Virus record (IMG/VR): IMGVR_UViG_3300025270_001268
Coordinates: 1-42,748 of that record
Length of the DNA stretch: 42,748 nucleotides
Source of the DNA: a virus
Lineage: Duplodnaviria > Caudoviricetes
Reading direction: 5' to 3' (one strand)
A program made the translations under genes and the position numbers. Of this stretch, positions 7,946 through 16,920 are shown in pieces (within the stretch, counting starts at the first letter, position 1; every line of letters begins with the position of its first letter). Below the pieces are notes generated by a model. It saw only the letters and a list, made by a program, of their open reading frames with translations. It made no database searches and was not told where the DNA came from.

Positions 7946-10197
7946 ATATCCTAGTGCTCAACTTGACCCCTATCTGGCAGCGTGAGGAGCAGCGCCTACT
8001 TGCACTGCTTGAGGTTGCAGGGTTAACAAGGCAGGACGTTCACATAGATAACATCCTCCTTCAACATTTTCCTAAGGGGCAGAAGAAACCCTACAAGACT
8101 GAGATGGATGCGGCGCGGCCTCGCATCGAGTGGTTGATTGAACATTTTGAGATTGAGTTGATCGTACCTCTCGGTGCTGAGGCATGCCAATTCTTCCTGC
8201 CCTCTTGCAGTATAAGTAAGGATCATGGTATGATAGAGTGGGGAGAAGCCTACAATATTATGCCCATGTACTCTCCAGCGGCAAGCATGCACAATCCGTC
8301 GCTGGCAGTTGTCATGAAGTATGACTTCGATCGTCTGGGTCGATACCTCAGGGGAGAACGACCCGATCTAGTTGAGACTAACTACAGCCTGGCTCGTAGT
8401 GAGGATGCGGCGGAGACTGCCTGGTCTAGTAGTACCATTGGTTTTGACTTAGAGACAACCTCTCCGATGAGGCGCAAGTGGTTCGCGGCAGAGCAGGCAG
8501 AGATTGTCGGGTACAGTTTATCTAGCCAACCGTTGGTAGCTATTTATGTGCCCGAACAACCTCTTGATCCACAGGTAGTGTACGCTCTTGAGTCTCCCCA
8601 GGTGACAGTCGTTGCACACAACAGTAAGTTTGAGTATGCTCGCATGCTACAGCTTGGTGTGACGATGAACAACTTCAGGTGTACCAAGATCGAAGCGTAC
8701 CTGCTTCAGTATCCTGATACATCGTTGAAGACATTGACGCGACAGGTGCTTGGCATTAATCCCATCACCTATGCTGAAGTAACTCAGGGCCGTGACATGT
8801 CGGACATACCACCTGCAGAGGTGGCACCCTATGCCGCCGCTGACGCAGACAATGCTCGCCGTCTGGATGAGAGGTTCATGCCTCAGCTAGAGAAGGAGGG
8901 TCTGATCCCTCTCTTCCGTGATGTAGAAATGCCGCTGGTTCCTGTCATTGTTGACATGGAATTGAATGGTCAGCTCGTTGATGAGGCGCAGACTATAAAA
9001 ATTTACGACGAGCATGAAGCGTACCGTGAGCAGGTGGCGGCAGACCTACATAGTCAGGGGCTGCAGGTGGATAACCTCAACAGCACAGAGCAGGTGGCCC
9101 TGTCTCTGGAGAAGTTGGGTGCCCCTCTGCAGGAGAGGACGCCATCCAAGGGACACTTTGTTGTCGATGACGATAAGTTACTATCAGTCCGGGAGTGGAA
9201 CCCAGGACTCGTTGATTCTCTTCTTGATTATCGCCGGGCGGGTAAGCGCCAAAGCTATCTTCGGAATTTCCTAGAGCTACGTGGTACTGATGGACGCCTG
9301 CACCCTAGCGTCCAGCAGTGTGGTGGTTACGAAGAGGGCAAGGCTAAGGGTGGTGAGGCTCCTGCCACAGGGCGCATCAGTTACAGTGGCCCTTCTCTCC
9401 AACAGATACCTAACCGTGGTGACCCTGAGGTCATCGCCGCCATGCGTAGTTGCCTGATAGCAGAGCCAGGTAAGGTACTCCTGTGCTGTGACGCATCCCA
9501 AGAAGAGCCGCGCATCCTCAGCTATGTAGCTGGTGACGAGCGAATGCAGGCAGACTTTGACAGTGGTCATTCCATCTACGCGTTTATTGGCAAGGAATTA
9601 TATGGTCGTGACATTACTAAGCTGGGCAACCCACAAGAATGGTTCGTTAGCAAGACGTTCTTTCTTGCCTGGGTGTACGGCGCAGACTTTACTAAGCTAC
9701 TAGAGATTGACCGCTCGTTCGGTACAGGAGATTTGACCCTTGCAACAGCACGAACAGGAGCCCGCCGCCTACATCAGCGATACCCCGCTGTTGATATTTA
9801 TCGAGAGTCTATATTGGAACAAGCACGATATCAATATAGACTCAGAGATTGCCTTGGACGCTTACGAGACTTCACTAAAATGGGCAGCAGTTTTCCGGAA
9901 GATAGACAAGCTGCGATGCGAGAAGCCTTCAATTTCACCATCCAAGGGCCAGCCGCCACCATCATGAAGATTGTGCTACGCCGGGTGTGGGACAACATGC
10001 CCTCATCCTGCAAGATATGGCTGACAGTTCATGATGAGATCATACTTGAGCTGGCACCCGACGACGTTGACGAAGTAGCTGACCTCTGTTATACTTCCTT
10101 TCAAGGGATCATACCAACACCCTTGCCAGTTGGATTTAACGTAGGTACTACTTGGGGAAACGTCGAACCATATTATGTTCCATCTGCTGCAGCCTAA
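7942..10197 (+). CDS. polA: DNA polymerase family A with N-terminal degenerate uracil-DNA-glycosylase-like domain and 3'-5' exonuclease
   Basis: UDG-like IVPLGAEA...ISKDHG...PMYSPAA; Exo DLET / HNSKFE / YAAAD; TGRISYSGPSLQQIP; motif A DASQEEPR; motif B KTFFLAWVYG; motif C VHDEI. Confidence 0.92.
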   Translation: MNILVLNLTPIWQREEQRLLALLEVAGLTRQDVHIDNILLQHFPKGQKKPYKTEMDAARPRIEWLIEHFEIELIVPLGAEACQFFLPSCSISKDHGMIEWGEAYNIMPMYSPAASMHNPSLAVVMKYDFDRLGRYLRGERPDLVETNYSLARSEDAAETAWSSSTIGFDLETTSPMRRKWFAAEQAEIVGYSLSSQPLVAIYVPEQPLDPQVVYALESPQVTVVAHNSKFEYARMLQLGVTMNNFRCTKIEAYLLQYPDTSLKTLTRQVLGINPITYAEVTQGRDMSDIPPAEVAPYAAADADNARRLDERFMPQLEKEGLIPLFRDVEMPLVPVIVDMELNGQLVDEAQTIKIYDEHEAYREQVAADLHSQGLQVDNLNSTEQVALSLEKLGAPLQERTPSKGHFVVDDDKLLSVREWNPGLVDSLLDYRRAGKRQSYLRNFLELRGTDGRLHPSVQQCGGYEEGKAKGGEAPATGRISYSGPSLQQIPNRGDPEVIAAMRSCLIAEPGKVLLCCDASQEEPRILSYVAGDERMQADFDSGHSIYAFIGKELYGRDITKLGNPQEWFVSKTFFLAWVYGADFTKLLEIDRSFGTGDLTLATARTGARRLHQRYPAVDIYRESILEQARYQYRLRDCLGRLRDFTKMGSSFPEDRQAAMREAFNFTIQGPAATIMKIVLRRVWDNMPSSCKIWLTVHDEIILELAPDDVDEVADLCYTSFQGIIPTPLPVGFNVGTTWGNVEPYYVPSAAA

Positions 10198-10366
10198 GTA
10201 CCGATCGTGCGATCGATGCCATGGCTTACAATACTACGATGCAGTAGACAACTGTTGGATATGCCTACAGTGTGCGGAACGAAACTATATCTTAACGGAG
10301 GACGAACAACTTGAAAGAGAAGATGCAGATTGGACTGAACGAATTGAAGATGGAGAAGGAGAGTGA
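10175..10366 (+). CDS. Zn-ribbon protein with acidic tail
   Basis: CDRC...CLQC. Confidence 0.65.
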   Translation: MFHLLQPKYRSCDRCHGLQYYDAVDNCWICLQCAERNYILTEDEQLEREDADWTERIEDGEGE

Positions 10367-10454
10367 GGAGCCTGCGACATGTTGTGTAGACGGCAAGTGT
10401 ACGTGTGGGCCAGAGGATGAGGAGCCTGAAATAGAGGACGAGATAGAGGACTAA
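10323..10454 (+). CDS. Acidic Cys-rich micro-protein (MQIGLNELKMEKESEEPATCCVDGKCTCGPEDEEPEIEDEIED)
   Basis: Stop overlaps the next start (TAATG); below ORF-track cutoff; start could be the second Met. Confidence 0.45.
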   Translation: MQIGLNELKMEKESEEPATCCVDGKCTCGPEDEEPEIEDEIED

Positions 10455-11020
10455 TGAGAATTGCATCATTTGACATTGAGACTACAGACTTACGGGCCAA
10501 CATGGGGACGCTATTATGCGCTAGCTTTCATGAGATTGTGCCCCCAGGGTACTATAAGAATCATCACGATTCTCCAAATAAACCATATTCCTTTGTGGTT
10601 GAGGACACACATGTTGGTGACCCGAACCCAGATAAATCGCTGGCTATTAGCCTTCGCGACGAGGTCGAGAAGTACAACGCTATAGTAACCTGGAACGGTA
10701 AGATGTTTGACGTCCCGTTCCTCAATGCGAGACTGCTCTTTCACAAGGAGCGGCCTGTTCGTCCACAGTTCCACATTGATGCCATGTACTACGCAGGTAG
10801 TAGCTCCAATAGGATCGGTAGCCGAAGACTCGCCAGTGTCCAGCAGTTCCTGGGTCTAGAGAATGAGAAGACCTCTCTTGACTGGGACATATGGAAGGCG
10901 GCTACCCGTGGCGACAAGAAGGCTCTGAAGTACATTGTGAATCACTGTGAGATTGATGTGAAGGTTCTCACCGAGGCGTACTGGCGCTTGCTACCCTACA
11001 TTGCAAATATCCATCGATGA
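10454..11020 (+). CDS. DEDD 3'-5' exonuclease (RNase_H_2/YprB-like)
   Basis: FDIET, TWNGKMFDVPFL, HCEIDV. Confidence 0.85.
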   Translation: MRIASFDIETTDLRANMGTLLCASFHEIVPPGYYKNHHDSPNKPYSFVVEDTHVGDPNPDKSLAISLRDEVEKYNAIVTWNGKMFDVPFLNARLLFHKERPVRPQFHIDAMYYAGSSSNRIGSRRLASVQQFLGLENEKTSLDWDIWKAATRGDKKALKYIVNHCEIDVKVLTEAYWRLLPYIANIHR

Positions 11021-11319
11021 AATCTGTAATGACATGGCTAGTAAGCGACGACTGCCCTGTTGTATACGATGACTGGGCAGACGAGTTTATCTGGTCATGT
11101 ACTATGCGGGTGGATGGTCGATTCTCAAGTCAAAAAATTCCAGACGAGGTAGGACATGCTATTAGTCGTCACCATATTGTTCATCATGACAGTCATCCTA
11201 GTCAAGTACAAGACTGGTGCATAGGTTTTAGACAAAATGACTGGGGCACCGTAGAAACTGCGTGTAGTCATGAGGTCGAAGAGGATGATGACTTGCCTAA
11301 TGACTGGCGGATAATTTGA
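11017..11319 (+). CDS. Hypothetical protein
   Basis: 100 aa; ATGA overlap with upstream gene. Confidence 0.65.
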   Translation: MKSVMTWLVSDDCPVVYDDWADEFIWSCTMRVDGRFSSQKIPDEVGHAISRHHIVHHDSHPSQVQDWCIGFRQNDWGTVETACSHEVEEDDDLPNDWRII

Positions 11320-11374
11320 AAAGACTATTCACACTTGCAGGCTCAATAGGTTTAATACATGGGTTGGAGGATGT

Positions 11375-11836
11375 ATGCTTGCTAACTATGGGGAGATTTA
11401 TGCCAGTCCCGGTGTGGGCTTTGTACGCAATCGGGCTGAGTGTATCCATGATACTAATGACAATAGTAATCGACCGGCTGATGAGAAAGATTTAATTATG
11501 TACTACCGAAACGACAAGGGTATCGATGCACATCCAGGGGAGCTCCCTCCATTGGAGGACGAGTGGGCAGACTTAGGCCAGTCCCTCAAAAAATTAAACA
11601 AAAAAAATATCAGGGACTATAGATTGCTAGAACCAGGGTGGGCGGGTGAGCTGGAGGACGATCAGGTAGCCTACATCCGTGCTGCCCTGCATGATGACCC
11701 TGACCTGGCGTATCAGTGGGGGTTCAAGCGCTCATCCAAACGGTTCCCTGCAGATATCATACGTCGTATTGCAAAGAAGGGTGACGCTGACCACCGCACT
11801 GTGAATGTGCACCTAGTTAAAGGTCAGGCTAGCTAA
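11375..11836 (+). CDS. Hypothetical protein
   Basis: 153 aa; GGAGG RBS; last plus-strand gene. Confidence 0.7.
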   Translation: MLANYGEIYASPGVGFVRNRAECIHDTNDNSNRPADEKDLIMYYRNDKGIDAHPGELPPLEDEWADLGQSLKKLNKKNIRDYRLLEPGWAGELEDDQVAYIRAALHDDPDLAYQWGFKRSSKRFPADIIRRIAKKGDADHRTVNVHLVKGQAS

Positions 11837-14219
11837 CGTCAGCTTCCTGTAGTATCAGTCTCCACACTTCCACACCCTCTCGGACCTGACCACCACCAAC
11901 CTCAGGTTCCTTCCCTATATCTAGTACGTGAACACGTATCTCGGTCGCCACTCCGTCTTGATCTATATCATGCTCAAATGCGATCGGGTATACTTGTGTC
12001 TCCAGCGTGTCTAGCTTGCTGAGCACTGAGGCTTTAGAGACTGGCTCTGTGTTACCGTTGTTGAGCAGCAGACCATCACCCACCTCAACGTGACACTCCC
12101 AGACACGGAACCTGGCTGGCCTGATAGCTGAGTGCAGTGCCATCGCATGAAGTTTGGGGGACACGGTGTCATCAGTGGTAAAGGTGAGCTCAGGCTGCAG
12201 CAGATGGCTGATCGCGTTGCTCTCGGGTGTGGTGATGCCATTAAAGTAGAGGGTCTGCACCCGGCTCGCACTGTTGATAGTCCCCAAGGTGGTGGTGTTA
12301 GGCGCCGCCCCATCTAACCCAAACTTCACTGCTATGGTATGCTCAGCATCCGTGTCTGACACGATGAAAGTCATAGCAAGCTGTGCCTTCTGTGTCTCAG
12401 GTAGCTCAAAGCCAAACTGCGGGGGTGTGAACGTACCTGTCGTGTTAATGACCGGGCTGCTCGCAAAGGCGGGGGCCACGTTATCCGCAGGTAGTGTCCA
12501 CCTATAGCTACTGTTTACATACTCAGTGCCATCATAAAGACGACCCATTGCATACACGTAGCCATTATTGACTGCGAGATCGTTAATGTCGCCCATCTCT
12601 ACAGTCTGTATGGGGTGTAGCTTCCATTCACCAGGGGATCGCAGGCTCATCAACCAGACAGTCTTGGAGGTGCTGGTGTCCGCAGTGGGAGTGTTCACCA
12701 GCAACCAGAGCTGAGCTGGATCACCTGCCATAGCCCAAGGTCTACCACCCATTGTATCTACTTCAGGGTGGAAAAACAACCCCGACAGATCTATGTAGTT
12801 ACCCGTCGCACCCTCAATAACAAAGAAGGATTGCAGACTAGCACCCAGGTAGAGATTACCTTGCCACTCTGTACCTCGTGCGAAGTTCTCCGTGCTAGGC
12901 ATGTTTGTAAACTCAGTGGTTACATTTTTAAAAACATCTGCATTGGCTCCGTCGTTGTATGTCCGTTGGTAAATGAATAGTCCGTCCTCTTTGGCAACCA
13001 TCAGGGTGTCCCCAATGCTGTGCAAGGCGGTGATGGAGCGGTCACTGCTTCCTACGGTGTAGGCACTTGACCAGGAGGCACCACCATTTGTAGGATCGGT
13101 ACTGCTGTAGACACTGTAGTTAGTGTTGTTACCTGAGGTAGGGCCGCTCTTCCAGAATACATTCCTGCTGACTGTGAAGTAGGTGGCCTCTAGTCCAGGG
13201 TCACTGGTCGTGCTGACTGTCCAGCTTGTGCCTGTACCATAGATGAAGGCTGCGCCACCTCCAAAGGCAACGAATACATTACCATTGAACTCAATTATGT
13301 CAGTCGTTTCTTGTGTTGCATGCACATAGACTGCATTCCATACATCGTTAGTTTCGTCCCACTGCAGGACAACGCGACCACAGGCCGCATATAGGTTACT
13401 GGCACATTGAGCTGTGCCTTTCCACACTACATTGTTTGTAGGGATGATAGATATGTCATCGATAAAGAATGTATGCCCGTCTGGGTCACCTGTGGCTTCG
13501 ATCTCAATGGTGATAGCAGAGGAGCTTGCATTAGGTACAAACTCTGCAGTGACTGTCCTAGTGTAGCTACTTGCTGTGATAGCTGTGCTCTGGACTGCAG
13601 TGGTCGGACTCCCACCTGTCTCAGACACCTTTATCCTGGCACCATAAGAGCTGCCTCCTGTACGCTTGATCCAGGCAACAACCTTAAAGCCTCTGCTTCT
13701 CCAGACTGTAGGGTTGCCTAGTGTCTGCTTGAAGAGGGAGACAGCGTCACCGCCCACACTGCTGAGCACGTAGCTTCCAGACCGTGGACTGCTTGTGGAG
13801 GCAGAGAGTGTAACACCTGCGCTTGCAGTCCAGCCTGTAGTGGCACCTAGCTCAGCCCCACCATTACGGAGTAGGAAGTCAGCGGGTACTTTCTTCATGC
13901 CCAGCGTGACTGGCCCCCACCGTGCGTCACAACCATCAGCTTGACTGTAGCGGTTGGAGTCCCCCTCCATATAGTGGAGCTGTAGACCACCCGCACTCCA
14001 GTCAGACTGTGCTTTTACATGGTCGACGCGGCTATCCTTATGCGTCCATTGCAGTGGGCCTTGTGACTGCCTGGGAGGGAACGGGGCTGCCCGTAGCTCA
14101 CGCCACCGCTTGTTACCCTCGTCATCCTTAGCAAGGATGAGTTCAACTTCTGTTGTAGGGCTAGCAGTTGCGTCACTTGCCAGCTTGATATCATGGCTGC
14201 CACCTGCGATAACTGACAT
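11829..14219 (-). CDS. Tail nozzle/tubular-B-like virion protein with inserted carbohydrate-binding-like module
   Basis: 796 aa, beta-rich propeller-like repeats; LLRNGGAE...GW...FFIDDIS CBM-like segment; last gene of the virion operon. Confidence 0.55.
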   Translation of the reverse strand: MSVIAGGSHDIKLASDATASPTTEVELILAKDDEGNKRWRELRAAPFPPRQSQGPLQWTHKDSRVDHVKAQSDWSAGGLQLHYMEGDSNRYSQADGCDARWGPVTLGMKKVPADFLLRNGGAELGATTGWTASAGVTLSASTSSPRSGSYVLSSVGGDAVSLFKQTLGNPTVWRSRGFKVVAWIKRTGGSSYGARIKVSETGGSPTTAVQSTAITASSYTRTVTAEFVPNASSSAITIEIEATGDPDGHTFFIDDISIIPTNNVVWKGTAQCASNLYAACGRVVLQWDETNDVWNAVYVHATQETTDIIEFNGNVFVAFGGGAAFIYGTGTSWTVSTTSDPGLEATYFTVSRNVFWKSGPTSGNNTNYSVYSSTDPTNGGASWSSAYTVGSSDRSITALHSIGDTLMVAKEDGLFIYQRTYNDGANADVFKNVTTEFTNMPSTENFARGTEWQGNLYLGASLQSFFVIEGATGNYIDLSGLFFHPEVDTMGGRPWAMAGDPAQLWLLVNTPTADTSTSKTVWLMSLRSPGEWKLHPIQTVEMGDINDLAVNNGYVYAMGRLYDGTEYVNSSYRWTLPADNVAPAFASSPVINTTGTFTPPQFGFELPETQKAQLAMTFIVSDTDAEHTIAVKFGLDGAAPNTTTLGTINSASRVQTLYFNGITTPESNAISHLLQPELTFTTDDTVSPKLHAMALHSAIRPARFRVWECHVEVGDGLLLNNGNTEPVSKASVLSKLDTLETQVYPIAFEHDIDQDGVATEIRVHVLDIGKEPEVGGGQVREGVEVWRLILQEADVS

Positions 14220-15553
14220 TAGCGCATCGCCGGGCCGAAGCTAACTACATCACTGCTTTGACCGTGTCCACTTGCTAGAGCACCTACATCCCCTGCGAGT
14301 CTCTGCATCATCTCTTCGTATACGCGCCGCGTGCTCAAGGGGAGCTGCAGCAGTCTTCGCTCAAGCAGCGACCTTGCAGCCATCTTGGCTAGCATGAGAG
14401 ACTCGGGCAGTGTAACTTCTACTGACTCACTGTCACTGGTTGGCAGTGTAAAAGGGCCGACACACTGCATGAGCATGCGCTCTCCAGTAGGTAGTCCGGA
14501 TGGAAGGACAAGAATACCACGTTGTAAGCTGGTTGCTGATGGGAAAGAGTACGTGTGGTCAAGGACATATGTCCAATCGTTGACAGTACGGCGTACTCCA
14601 AGTTGTCGCATGTTCCCAACTGCATCACTGGTATTAACACCCTGTCCTACCATTGCCATACTGCTTGGGCCATCAGGTGCTAGAGGTATGGGCCAGGGGT
14701 ACTCAGTAATGCTGTCTCCTCCCTGCATCCAACAGTCAGAGAAGTAAGAGGTGTTAGTGTCTGCCACCACCAGGCAGGGAAACAGAGATGTATCAGACAA
14801 CGCGGATTCATACTCCACCTCAAGAAGGTTCCAGTCTCCGTCTCCAGAGTGGTAGTCTGAGTAGGTGATGGTACTTCCATTACTGATGCCTATCCGTGCA
14901 TGGTTGCTGTTGCTGCTCTTCACCCAGCAGTAGAACTTAACTGTGTGGCCTTTCATGTCCCATACGAATCGTCGCCAGGGATCAGAGAGAGTCAGTCTGC
15001 CTTCGCTACCTGAGTTTGATACCAGTCCCATACTGGTTTCACTGCCTGCGATGTTGGCGTCGTTGCGTGTCCGTGTCTGAGTGACACCAGCGCCTTCGCC
15101 ACCCCAGCCATCTACTGTGGTCGTGGTGCTCCACAGTTCAAAGTTAGCATTGTAGAGTGGGCTGCCTACTACGATTCCCCGGAAGGTGAACTCGCGAACC
15201 AGCAGGCCCATGTCATAGAGCTGGGTTAGGCTGGTGTCGATGGATTGATGTATGGCAGTTGAGCTGAATGGCAGTACCTCATACGTCCGAGCAGTTGTTA
15301 CTGCTGATAGTTCTGGTATGAAGGTGAGCGTGCCTGTACTCTGTGCACTGTCTGTGATTTGCAGGTCACGAAAGTTTGGACTGCCATCGCTGATATATAT
15401 CCAGCTACCAATGAGAGCATCGTCACGAAATTGTGACAGGTCAGGTGTGTCAACCAGTGTGGTGACTGTACCTGTCCCTGATGTACCTTCAATGAATGGC
15501 AACCCGAGCTGCTGTACTGTAAGCTGTCTGATCTGTGTTCGTGTTCTTGCCAT
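14219..15553 (-). CDS. Head-tail adaptor/tubular-A-like protein with CBM-like insert
   Basis: N-terminal MARTRTQIRQ helix; LYNANFELW...DGW segment; helical C-terminus; synteny. Confidence 0.5.
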   Translation of the reverse strand: MARTRTQIRQLTVQQLGLPFIEGTSGTGTVTTLVDTPDLSQFRDDALIGSWIYISDGSPNFRDLQITDSAQSTGTLTFIPELSAVTTARTYEVLPFSSTAIHQSIDTSLTQLYDMGLLVREFTFRGIVVGSPLYNANFELWSTTTTVDGWGGEGAGVTQTRTRNDANIAGSETSMGLVSNSGSEGRLTLSDPWRRFVWDMKGHTVKFYCWVKSSNSNHARIGISNGSTITYSDYHSGDGDWNLLEVEYESALSDTSLFPCLVVADTNTSYFSDCWMQGGDSITEYPWPIPLAPDGPSSMAMVGQGVNTSDAVGNMRQLGVRRTVNDWTYVLDHTYSFPSATSLQRGILVLPSGLPTGERMLMQCVGPFTLPTSDSESVEVTLPESLMLAKMAARSLLERRLLQLPLSTRRVYEEMMQRLAGDVGALASGHGQSSDVVSFGPAMR

Positions 15554-15558
15554 CTATC

Positions 15559-15720
15559 TCACCCTAAAAAAGTTTTAGCTGCAACTGCCATAGTCAGTGC
15601 AACCAGGACTGCTACCATGCCTTCGATTCGTGCCACTCTCCCCGTCATGTGGGGCCAGTGATTAGTTTGGAACTTCTCTAGCAGCTCCTCGATCCTTTTG
15701 ATCCTATCATTGGCGTTCAT
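15559..15720 (-). CDS. 53-aa membrane protein, holin-like candidate
   Basis: Coiled-coil N-terminus, NHWPH, C-terminal TM (MVAVLVALTMAVAA); below ORF-track cutoff. Confidence 0.55.
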   Translation of the reverse strand: MNANDRIKRIEELLEKFQTNHWPHMTGRVARIEGMVAVLVALTMAVAAKTFLG

Positions 15721-16267
15721 TATCAACTAATCCTGGGTCGTATAAATGAGCCACATTATTCTTGTCAATAATGGCGTAACCGTTGTGATAGATGTGAGCC
15801 ACGCTGTCATTGGCGTGCCATTCTGCGTTCAAGTCACCCTTGTAACTCTTAGTGAACACCATCGCATCAGGGTGGTTCCATTCCATCCGCTCATCGCGCA
15901 GCCGCCATTCTTCTGTAGCGCGGCGGTAGCAGAGGCGGTTGTGGGTCTTCTCGCGTACCACGCCTTCCACTATCTTGTGAGGCGGGGCAGCAGGGTCACG
16001 CCACATGGTCAGTGTCTCGCCGTTAATCTGGGCCATCGCTCGTAGGTTCAAGCGGCCCCTCTTGTTGTCGCAGCTAAGAACTTGTGCCTTTCCCAGGTAC
16101 TCCTTGAACCACCACTTCTCGCCGCCGATGATGATACGCATGTACCCTTTGTGCCTGTCCCACGACAATTCGATGTTGTGGACTCCAGCCGGGATTGGTG
16201 GCTGGTCTCCGATGGGTTCAGGATTTTGGTATTGTGCGTCCTCGTAGGTCTGCTGACTAGCTTGCAT
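15707..16267 (-). CDS. Hypothetical protein
   Basis: Likely start MQASQQ at 16267 with a GAAGGA RBS. Confidence 0.7.
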   Translation of the reverse strand: MQASQQTYEDAQYQNPEPIGDQPPIPAGVHNIELSWDRHKGYMRIIIGGEKWWFKEYLGKAQVLSCDNKRGRLNLRAMAQINGETLTMWRDPAAPPHKIVEGVVREKTHNRLCYRRATEEWRLRDERMEWNHPDAMVFTKSYKGDLNAEWHANDSVAHIYHNGYAIIDKNNVAHLYDPGLVDNERQ

Positions 16268-16553
16268 TGACCAGTTCCTTCTCAGGCTTCTTGCCATTCT
16301 TCTCTGGTGCCTGTACGCAAGTCTCAGTGATGGGCGTAGGCGTTGGCGGGAGCAAACGGATGTCGCCGTTCTCCATTATCTGAACCATGTCCAGGGTGAG
16401 GGACGCACCGTTCACCATCATGTCAGGGTTCTTCAAGGCACGGATGATGTTCTGTGCGTTGGCGAGGTCATCCGCCGTCTTCCCCAGGTCGGCGGTAATC
16501 TCCGCAATCATCTTGGTGTACTTCTCGGTCAAGTAAGGTGTCAGGTTAGCCAT
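16257..16553 (-). CDS. Hypothetical coiled-coil protein
   Basis: 98 aa; GGAGG RBS. Confidence 0.7.
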   Translation of the reverse strand: MANLTPYLTEKYTKMIAEITADLGKTADDLANAQNIIRALKNPDMMVNGASLTLDMVQIMENGDIRLLPPTPTPITETCVQAPEKNGKKPEKELVNAS

Positions 16554-16560
16554 ACTCCTC

Positions 16561-16920
16561 CTATGCGTCTGCTATTGAGCTTGCTATGGGGCTATCGCCT
16601 GCCGCCAGCCTCGCTTTCAAATTGGCATACGCCTGGGCGTATGGGTTGGCATTGCTGGTCGGGTCGTAAACACAGCCCATGTGGTCAATCGCCCGTGAAC
16701 GCAAGCGGTTCGACCACTCTGGGTATTCCCCAGCGGCGTTCCTTGTGCTTGCAGAATTATGGAGAACCACATCGTAGAGGCACATCCAGTGAGTCGCTAC
16801 ATCTGGGTCAGTTGTTGCGTCATATTTTTTGACTGTGACACTCTGGATTCGCGCATAGACTCCGTTAATGGTCGTGCCTATCAAACCATCTATCTGGTCT
16901 GTATTAAATGTGATTGCCAT
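16561..16920 (-). CDS. Small tail-fibre-associated protein
   Basis: Directly follows the fibre gene with TAATG coupling; NPYAQAYANLK C-terminus. Confidence 0.55.
   Translation of the reverse strand: MAITFNTDQIDGLIGTTINGVYARIQSVTVKKYDATTDPDVATHWMCLYDVVLHNSASTRNAAGEYPEWSNRLRSRAIDHMGCVYDPTSNANPYAQAYANLKARLAAGDSPIASSIADA

Noticed and set aside
11328-11356. Possible promoter TTCACA-17-TTTAAT before the last plus-strand gene
   Set aside because: Match too weak to distinguish from chance in an AT-rich gap
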